Shown piece by piece: positions 8,983 through 15,518 of a DNA stretch of 20,335 nt (positions are counted from its first letter, which is position 1; every line of letters starts with the position of its first letter). Made by a program: the position numbers and the translations under genes. This stretch comes from an uncultured Aminicenantes bacterium (GTDB lineage Bacteria; Acidobacteriota; Aminicenantia; UBA2199). The stretch spans positions 1-20,335 of the forward strand of contig CBDAFS010000052.1 in assembly GCA_965195285.1 (NCBI GenBank). The letters are read 5' to 3'. The notes under the pieces are model-generated. The model saw only the letters and a list, made by a program, of their open reading frames with translations, was not told the DNA's origin and ran no database searches.

Positions 8983-9112
8983 GTACAACGTTAAGTATAA
9001 GAATAGTAGCCGACTGCGGTGCAATTCACTTTCAATTTACGACAAAGTTGATACGGGCTAAAACCCTTGAATTTACTACTGTCTCGGCTATTATTTTTAT
9101 ACATTGTTGTGC
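8983..9112 (-). repeat. attC-like site 8 (130 bp, family A)
   Basis: GTACAAC ... GTTGTGC; arms GTATAAGAATAGTAGCCGA / TCGGCTATTATTTTTATAC. Confidence 0.9.
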
Positions 9113-9118
9113 GGTCGT

Positions 9119-10318
9119 TCATTGTTTAATTCCATCTACATACTTAATTGTTTTCTCAATTTTCCCATCTTTTGTCCAATAAGACCAGACATCATTTTTT
9201 AATCTATTTTTAAAATGTCCTTCTACCTTTATGTTACCACTTTCATAATATTCTAAATATCTACCATCAATAATTTCAGGATTTAAGCTTGAATAATATG
9301 CTATCCCCTGTAAAGTATCATTCACGAAATAATCTTTCATTATATAATGCTTAGAGGTCGTGTCTTTTTCTATTCTTCTATAATATTTTGCTTTATTTTC
9401 CCTTGTTGTAAGCTTCCAATGTTTATCAAGTAATATTTTTTCAGCATTTTCTGATAGATATTTATCATCATGTATCTCAATGTTCTTTCTATTTTTTATT
9501 GTTGATTGAACAAGATCAGATAAGAAGTATGAATGTTTCCCTTTTTCTAATTCTTTTTGTAGGTTGATTTGAGTAATTTGAGAAAAATCACCATTAATAC
9601 TTATAAAAATATCCCCTGAATTTAAATCGGAAACTGTTGAGTATATTGTTCTTGCAAAAATATTGTTTTGATGAGTAGCATTGAGAATTGAAAAGAAATT
9701 TTCAACAGTTAAGTCCTGTTTTTTTAATTGCTTTGTTGTTTTCTTATATCTTCCGCTACCAATGTTGTACCAATGAAAGTTTTCCATATCTTCTTTACAT
9801 GAAATTCTGAAGTTTGTACAAACTTGATATTTGTTTGTATTTCTAGTAACTGTTAATTTATTGTTGTGATAGGTAATTATTGCACTTTCTCCAGTTTTAT
9901 CGACAACCATAAGTTGTGCTAGTCGAAATCCTTCCCAATAATATTTTTTAAAAAGACCTATAACATCATCAACGGTGGCACATTCTTCTGAAATTTTATA
10001 AAGAACATTACCTCCAATATCGAATCTATTATTATCGTTATTAATTTCAGTATATGGATATGCTCTTAAACCATCCCAGAATAATCCTTTTTCATTAATA
10101 CCTGCTTGAACCGAGCCATTATAACCAAACATAGCATATCCATATCGGTCATTTTGGGCAGGAATAAACCAAACCTGTGAATTTCTTTTTTTATAATCTT
10201 CATTGCTTCCAACTAAAGTCCTTTTGCCATTTGTGCTCATAAAAACTGTACACCCGTATAATTGGATGCTTGTTTGCCAAAGAAGCAGTAAAAATAATAT
10301 TGATATAGTTCTTTTCAT
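9119..10318 (-). CDS. Secreted Ntn-hydrolase (linear amide C-N hydrolase / C45-C59-like) with C-terminal MORN-variant (YwqK-like) repeats; first cassette of the array
   Basis: Signal peptide then nucleophile Cys in CTVF, GSNED, GINEKGL, TNF, TIYSTV; C-terminal DGRYLEYYESGNIKVEGHFKN...WSYWTKDGK. Confidence 0.82.
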   Translation of the reverse strand: MKRTISILFLLLLWQTSIQLYGCTVFMSTNGKRTLVGSNEDYKKRNSQVWFIPAQNDRYGYAMFGYNGSVQAGINEKGLFWDGLRAYPYTEINNDNNRFDIGGNVLYKISEECATVDDVIGLFKKYYWEGFRLAQLMVVDKTGESAIITYHNNKLTVTRNTNKYQVCTNFRISCKEDMENFHWYNIGSGRYKKTTKQLKKQDLTVENFFSILNATHQNNIFARTIYSTVSDLNSGDIFISINGDFSQITQINLQKELEKGKHSYFLSDLVQSTIKNRKNIEIHDDKYLSENAEKILLDKHWKLTTRENKAKYYRRIEKDTTSKHYIMKDYFVNDTLQGIAYYSSLNPEIIDGRYLEYYESGNIKVEGHFKNRLKNDVWSYWTKDGKIEKTIKYVDGIKQ

Positions 10319-10347
10319 TTTTATAATTCTCCATTTTTCAGAATGCC

Positions 10348-10445
10348 GCCTAACGTATGTGTATGTCTACAAGTAGACATATTTTTCCTATATCCTTCTG
10401 AAAAGGTAGATATATACACTTAAAATTGGAAGTATATATCTACCT
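10348..10445 (-). other. Array head: attI-like junction with tandem palindromes
   Basis: Core GCCTAAC (10348-10354; GTTAGGC on the minus strand) has no partner GTT closing an attC. It is followed by TATGTCTAC-AA-GTAGACATA (10362-10381) and AGGTAGATATATAC-N14-GTATATATCTACCT (10404-10445). Confidence 0.55.
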
Positions 10446-10556
10446 ATTTTTATTTTGATCTAAAAAATATTATTCTTACAGATAAACCAATTTTATTCAT
10501 TTCTAATATCCAAATTATTTAAAAGACTTTAATTTTCTCCATTCCTCTTTTCGTAA

Positions 10557-10585
10557 AATATAATTCAATAAATAAGCAATGTCAA
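10557..10585 (-). promoter_or_regulatory. Putative sigma70 promoter driving the cassette array (Pc-like)
   Basis: Minus strand TTGACA (10585-10580) - 17 nt - TATATT (10562-10557), pointing into the array. Confidence 0.65.
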
Positions 10586-10772
10586 GATTTTTTGTGCACT
10601 GGCTGGCCTCATTCGCCACCTATTTACTGACAGATTAAATTAAAGAAACCTTTTCCAATTTAAAAAGATTAAAAACATCACCAGGGGGAACAGAAATATA
10701 GTTGGACAATTCAAAAATTAAATATTATATTTGTCAACTTCTTATCTTATTTTATGATACTTCTTATAAAAC

Positions 10773-10801
10773 TTGACCAAATCGATGTTTTAAAATAGAA
10801 T
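10773..10801 (+). promoter_or_regulatory. Putative sigma70 promoter of the cinA operon
   Basis: TTGACC (10773-10778) - 17 nt - TAGAAT (10796-10801). Confidence 0.6.
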
Positions 10802-10837
10802 GATCTCAGATTAACGATCCGTGTTCAGGAAAAAAAC

Positions 10838-12082
10838 ATGAGAGCCATATTTATTGCAGTGGGAAGTGAATTACTGGAACTGGACCGCATGGATACCAAT
10901 TCTCTCTATGTATCAAGAAAATTGAGAGAAAAGGGTATTTTAATGGACATGAAGATAACGGTCGGAGACAACCTTGAAAATTTATCCTGGACAATCAAGA
11001 ATGCCTGCAAACGTGCGCAACTGGTAATCATTACCGGTGGTCTCGGACCTACTGAAGATGATATCACCCGGGAAGGAGTTGCCAGTGCTTTAAAAAAGCA
11101 ATTAACCTTTAAGGAAGAAATTGTCAGTAAAATCAGAGCTGTTTTCCAAAAAAGAGGAATTAAAATGCCCGACATCAATACCCGTCAGGCATTTGTTATT
11201 GAAGGGGCTGAGGTACTTCCCAATTCAGTGGGAACCGCACCGGGGCAATACCTTGATGAAAAGGATTGTAAAATTTTATTACTTCCGGGTCCACCCAGAG
11301 AAATGCAGCCCATGTTTGAGGATATCTTCGCCAGGAAAATCGCACCCTTGTCCAATTTTCTCATTGCCAGTAGAAGTTTGAAATTTGCCGGAATTACCGA
11401 ATCTGAAACCGACTCCATGATTGCGGACCTGTATACGAAATATAAAAATCCCCATACAACCATTCTGGCTTCTCCAGGATTCATTGAAATTCATTTACTG
11501 GGAAGATCTAAAAAATCTTCGGAAGAAAACAAAGCAATCACCGATCAACTGGCTGAAAAAATAAAAGCAAGGCTGGCTGATTATTTTATCACTGAAAAAG
11601 ATATCACCTTTGAAGAACACATAATTCAATTATTATACACAAGAAACCTAACGTTAAGCATCGCAGAAAGTTGCACAGGTGGTGGTCTGGGAAACCGGAT
11701 TACCAATGTGCCGGGCAGTTCTGAAGTTTTTTTAGGTGGCGTAATCGCTTACTCCAATGAGTTGAAAATAAAAATTCTGGGGGTCAAAAAGGGAACCCTG
11801 GAAAAAAAAGGAACCGTGTCCAAACAAACAGCCCTGGAAATGGCCACCGGAATACGACGTTTGTGTCAATCTGATATCGGGATAGCCATTACCGGAATTG
11901 CAGGTCCCGGAGGCGCCACTCAGGGTAAGCCGGTGGGGCTGGTTTGCCTGCATTTAAGCAGTGAAGAAACCGAGCAGGGAGTTCAAAAAATCTTTTCAGG
12001 TGACCGTCAGATTGTAAAAATTCGAAGTGAAAATTATTGTTTAAACCTGATCAGACAATATCTTCATCATCATCAGAATTGA
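10838..12082 (+). CDS. cinA: Competence/damage-inducible protein CinA (MoCF-like domain + PncC NMN deamidase domain)
   Basis: IAVGSELL, DTNS, ITGGLGPTEDDITRE, LPGPPREM, AESCTGG, AITGIAGPGG...KPVGLV. Confidence 0.96.
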   Translation: MRAIFIAVGSELLELDRMDTNSLYVSRKLREKGILMDMKITVGDNLENLSWTIKNACKRAQLVIITGGLGPTEDDITREGVASALKKQLTFKEEIVSKIRAVFQKRGIKMPDINTRQAFVIEGAEVLPNSVGTAPGQYLDEKDCKILLLPGPPREMQPMFEDIFARKIAPLSNFLIASRSLKFAGITESETDSMIADLYTKYKNPHTTILASPGFIEIHLLGRSKKSSEENKAITDQLAEKIKARLADYFITEKDITFEEHIIQLLYTRNLTLSIAESCTGGGLGNRITNVPGSSEVFLGGVIAYSNELKIKILGVKKGTLEKKGTVSKQTALEMATGIRRLCQSDIGIAITGIAGPGGATQGKPVGLVCLHLSSEETEQGVQKIFSGDRQIVKIRSENYCLNLIRQYLHHHQN

Positions 12083-12804
12083 ATCGAAATCCCGTGGATG
12101 TAACTGTCAATTATTTTTTTAAAAAAAAAGTCATTGTGCTGCAGCAAAGGAAAGGATATCGTTTCTCGATTGATTCTCCTATACTGGCTCATTTCCTTCC
12201 CTCATCACGAAAGGCTGAAGCGCTGGAAATCGGACCCGGTTGCGGAATAATCTCAATATTGGCATTGTATAAAAAAAAGTTTTCTCATATCACCGGACTG
12301 GAAATCCAGGAGGATTTGTGTCGCCTATCTGAAACCAACGCCCGGAAAAATCAATTCTCAAAATTCTATACTGCTTTAAATGGAGATTTTAATCATTTGT
12401 ACCAGGATTTCAGAGGAATCAAATGGATCTTTTCAAACCCTCCTTTTATGAAATTAAACCAGGGACGATTAAGTGCTAATAATGCTATCAGAATCGCCAA
12501 ATTTGAAGTAAGCCTTACCATTCAAAGTCTATTGGAAAAATCATATTCAATTCTGGATCCGGAAGGGCAAATGTGTTTGATTTTGCCCTATTCCAGGTTA
12601 AAAGAATTGCTAAATATGGCAATCGAAATCGGTTTTTTTTTAAAAAGAATTCAAATGGTTTTTTCATTTAAAAATGGAAAACCCGAACGTTTTTTGATAC
12701 AATTATCAAAATATAAGGTTTCAGCGGACAAGATTAATCCATTGATTATTTTCAAGGAAAAAGGTATTTATACCAAAGAAATGGAAATGATACTGACAGG
12801 ATAA
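12079..12804 (+). CDS. tRNA1(Val) adenine(37)-N6 methyltransferase-like protein (TrmN6/YfiC family)
   Basis: QQRKGYRFSIDSPILAHF, LEIGPGCGII, EIQ, FSNPPF, IAKFE. Start uncertain; a TTG overlapping the cinA stop was chosen. Confidence 0.85.
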   Translation: MNRNPVDVTVNYFFKKKVIVLQQRKGYRFSIDSPILAHFLPSSRKAEALEIGPGCGIISILALYKKKFSHITGLEIQEDLCRLSETNARKNQFSKFYTALNGDFNHLYQDFRGIKWIFSNPPFMKLNQGRLSANNAIRIAKFEVSLTIQSLLEKSYSILDPEGQMCLILPYSRLKELLNMAIEIGFFLKRIQMVFSFKNGKPERFLIQLSKYKVSADKINPLIIFKEKGIYTKEMEMILTG

Positions 12805-12808
12805 TAAA

Positions 12809-13618
12809 ATGATTGAAAAGTTCAAAGAGTTGTATAAATACAGACAGCTTATTTTTATACTGGTATCCCGTGAGTTAAAAGCCAGATACCGAGGAACTAT
12901 CTTCGGATTTTTATGGAGTTTTCTAAATCCTTTTCTTCTGATGCTGGTGTACTCGATCGTATTTGGTATTATCATGCCGGCCAGATGGCCACAATTTGAG
13001 GGCAAAACGATATACTATTCTATATTCCTTTTTACCGGAATACTGCCCTGGACATGGTTTTCTTCCTCCATGTTGGAATCAGCAAATGTTCTGATAATTT
13101 ACGGAAATTTGATAAAAAAAATCAAATTTCCCATCGAAGTTTTACCCATTATGGTGGTCCTCACCAATATGATTCATTTTATTCTCGGTCTGCCAATCTT
13201 AATTCTATTTTTTATTGTTTTTGCCAAACCCCTGACCGGATGGGTTCTGTTTCTCCCGGCAGCCATGGTTATTCAATTTATTTTCACCATGGGATTCGGT
13301 TTCTTTATATCAGCTCTTACCGTTCATTTTCGGGACATCAAGGATATTCTTTCAAATCTGATGACACTGTGGTTTTTTTCAACCCCGATAATATATCCTT
13401 TCGATTCACCGCATGTTACGGGAAGAGGATGGATAAAACTATTACTCTGGTTAAACCCCATGACCCATATAATCGAAGCCTATCAATATGCTTTTTATTA
13501 TGGATCATTACCGCACTGGAAAAAATTATCAGTCACCGTTCTGGTGGGTTTCTTGCTCTTTTATTTTGGATACAAAATATTTGATAAACTCAGAGATACA
13601 ATTGTTGAAGAGGTATAA
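12809..13618 (+). CDS. wzm: ABC-2 polysaccharide exporter permease (Wzm/RfbA/TagG family)
   Basis: RELKARYRGTIFGFLWSFLNP, FRDI, FSTPIIYP, LNPMTHII; multiple TM helices. Confidence 0.92.
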   Translation: MIEKFKELYKYRQLIFILVSRELKARYRGTIFGFLWSFLNPFLLMLVYSIVFGIIMPARWPQFEGKTIYYSIFLFTGILPWTWFSSSMLESANVLIIYGNLIKKIKFPIEVLPIMVVLTNMIHFILGLPILILFFIVFAKPLTGWVLFLPAAMVIQFIFTMGFGFFISALTVHFRDIKDILSNLMTLWFFSTPIIYPFDSPHVTGRGWIKLLLWLNPMTHIIEAYQYAFYYGSLPHWKKLSVTVLVGFLLFYFGYKIFDKLRDTIVEEV

Positions 13619-13619
13619 A

Positions 13620-14870
13620 ATGTATCCAATTGTCATCAACAATATTGGCAAATACTATAAGAAATATTCACATAAACATAAATTCTTAACTATAAAAAGC
13701 GCTTTGGTCAACAAAACCTTATTCTCAGATTTGGAAAGAGATGAAAAGTTTGAAGTACTGAAAGGAATCAGTTTTAATGTTGAAAATGGAAAAACATTAA
13801 GTATTATTGGAGAAAACGGTTCTGGAAAAAGTACACTTTTAAAGATTCTGGCTGGAATCACCAGACCCACTTCTGGAGAGATCACTACCAGGGGAAGAAT
13901 TTCCGCATTGATTGAATTGGGAGCCGGGTTCCATCCTGAAATTTCTGGAAGAGAAAATATTTTTATTAACGGCATAATCCTGGGATTATCCAAAAAGATG
14001 ATACAGGAAAAACTCTCAAAAATTGTTGAATTTTCCGAGTTGGAAGAATTCATCAACAGTCCGGTAAAGACATACTCCTCTGGAATGTACATGAGGTTGG
14101 GATTCTCCATAGCCATCAATGTGGATCCGGATATCCTTCTGATTGATGAAGTGTTGGCTGTTGGCGATGCATTTTTTGTGCCCAAATGCATTGATAAAAT
14201 TTATGAATTCAAGAGGAAAGGTAAAACAATTATTTTTGTTTCACATGATCTGGCCACAGTTGAAAAAATCAGCGACGAGGTGATTTGGCTTAAAAAAGGC
14301 CAAATTGAAATGAGAGGGTATCCGGCCAAAGTGGTTGATGCCTATATGCAATATATTGGGGAGAAAGAAGAAAAACGAGAGGGAAAACCGGCAGAAGTAA
14401 GCACTGAAAACAGATGGGGATCCAAAGAAATAGAGATAAATAATGTTAAAATTCTGAACCGCGACGGAAAAGAAAAATATATATTTAAACCTAAAGAACC
14501 AATGATTATAGAATTTGATGTAATTACAAAACAAAAAGAGGATGATTTTGTATTTGGACTGGCCATTTATAATCCAGAAGGAATACTTTGTTATGGCTCG
14601 AATACAATCCTGGAAAACTACAGATCTTATCACATTGAAGGAAAAGGGAAGGTGAAAATTCAAATCCCTGAACTTCCTCTCATCAATGGAATGTACTTCC
14701 TGGACCTTGCCGTCCACAAAAAGGACGGTTACCCCTTTGATTACCACCATTTTCAGTATAAATTTAAGGTATCATCAAAATTAAAAGATCTTGGAATAAC
14801 CCGGATTCCTCACCAATGGAAGTTTACGGATAATATCAAGGTGAGATCGTTCAAACCAAAAAAACAATGA
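13620..14870 (+). CDS. wzt: ABC polysaccharide exporter ATPase with C-terminal Wzt_C carbohydrate-binding domain
   Basis: Walker A GENGSGKST, ELGAGFHPEISGREN, YSSGMYMRLGF, Walker B LLIDEVLAVGD; RWGS-led C-terminal domain. Start ATG 13620 follows the wzm stop. Confidence 0.93.
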   Translation: MYPIVINNIGKYYKKYSHKHKFLTIKSALVNKTLFSDLERDEKFEVLKGISFNVENGKTLSIIGENGSGKSTLLKILAGITRPTSGEITTRGRISALIELGAGFHPEISGRENIFINGIILGLSKKMIQEKLSKIVEFSELEEFINSPVKTYSSGMYMRLGFSIAINVDPDILLIDEVLAVGDAFFVPKCIDKIYEFKRKGKTIIFVSHDLATVEKISDEVIWLKKGQIEMRGYPAKVVDAYMQYIGEKEEKREGKPAEVSTENRWGSKEIEINNVKILNRDGKEKYIFKPKEPMIIEFDVITKQKEDDFVFGLAIYNPEGILCYGSNTILENYRSYHIEGKGKVKIQIPELPLINGMYFLDLAVHKKDGYPFDYHHFQYKFKVSSKLKDLGITRIPHQWKFTDNIKVRSFKPKKQ

Positions 14871-15346
14871 AAATTTTCAGAGATTATTCCCAATTAAACC
14901 GGCAATTAAAAAAACATAAACATAGAAAAATTGCCTTTACCAATGGTGTTTTTGATATCCTTCATCCCGGTCACATCGAATTACTGGAATTTGCCAAATC
15001 AAAGGGGGACCTTCTCATAGTGGGCATCAATGATGATCAATCGGTAAAAAGAATAAAGGGTAATAATCGGCCCATCTTTTCACTCAAGGAGAGAATAGAG
15101 GTTTTGAAGGCTATTGAATATGTTGACTTTATCATTCCTTTTTCCCAAGATACTCCGCTTGAATTAATTCAACAATTATATAAGCTCGATATTCTGATAA
15201 AGGGAGGAGATTATCAACCGTCCGAAGTGGTGGGGAAAAATGAAGTTGAAACAGCAGGAGGCGAGCTCATCATTTTCAAGTTTAAATCTCCAATTTCAAC
15301 CACTTCGACAATCAATAAAATCAAAGCCCTCTGCTCAAGTAATTGA
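14867..15346 (+). CDS. rfaE2: D-glycero-beta-D-manno-heptose 1-phosphate adenylyltransferase (RfaE domain II, standalone)
   Basis: FTNGVFDILHPGH, VGINDDQSVKRIKG..RPI, KGGDY, STTSTINKI. Confidence 0.9.
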   Translation: MKIFRDYSQLNRQLKKHKHRKIAFTNGVFDILHPGHIELLEFAKSKGDLLIVGINDDQSVKRIKGNNRPIFSLKERIEVLKAIEYVDFIIPFSQDTPLELIQQLYKLDILIKGGDYQPSEVVGKNEVETAGGELIIFKFKSPISTTSTINKIKALCSSN

Positions 15347-15436
15347 TAGTTTTTATAAATTTATTATTCAAGGTGATTGCAATTTTTTATGATTGCCAAA
15401 GGCTTACAGGCTGCGATATTCATCAGAATTCTCAAT

Positions 15437-15465
15437 TTGACAAATAAAAACACATATGCTAAAAG
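15437..15465 (+). promoter_or_regulatory. Possible promoter of the phosphatase-kinase-FHA operon
   Basis: TTGACA (15437-15442) - 17 nt - TAAAAG, preceded by TGn; the -10 is imperfect. Confidence 0.4.
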
Positions 15466-15518
15466 AGAATATAATACCATTTGGATACCAGAATACCTAT
15501 TAAAACGGTAATTATATA

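Larger units (their letters stand above)
1..10354 (-). mobile_element. Integron-type gene cassette array with no integrase in the window (CALIN-like); continues past the left edge
   Basis: Ten co-oriented minus-strand genes separated by 76-131 bp imperfect palindromes bounded by ...AAC and GTT... cores. Each cassette's 5' core is complementary to its own 3' core. Inferred cassette limits (crossover G|TT): 303-1030, 1031-1833, 1834-3236, 3237-3876, 3877-5416, 5417-8114, 8115-8988, 8989-10353. Confidence 0.9.

Noticed and set aside
297-9112. Repeats considered as a CRISPR array or as rho-independent terminators
   Set aside because: They are 76-131 bp, separated by whole genes, bounded by AAC/GTT cores, and lack U-tracts; no cas genes are present.
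10362-10381. Head palindrome as a LexA box, given SOS control of integrases and the adjacent cinA
   Set aside because: It does not match the LexA motifs I know (CTGT-N8-ACAG, GAAC-N4-GTTC, GTTC-N7-GTTC); kept only as an unassigned site.
13488-13619. N-terminal extension of wzt in the ORF track
   Set aside because: It overlaps wzm; the ATG at 13620 right after the wzm stop gives a typical Wzt N-terminus.
10906-14750. Multiple antisense or alternate-frame ORFs of 70-178 aa over cinA, wzm and wzt
   Set aside because: They are shadows of well-supported genes and carry no recognisable motifs.
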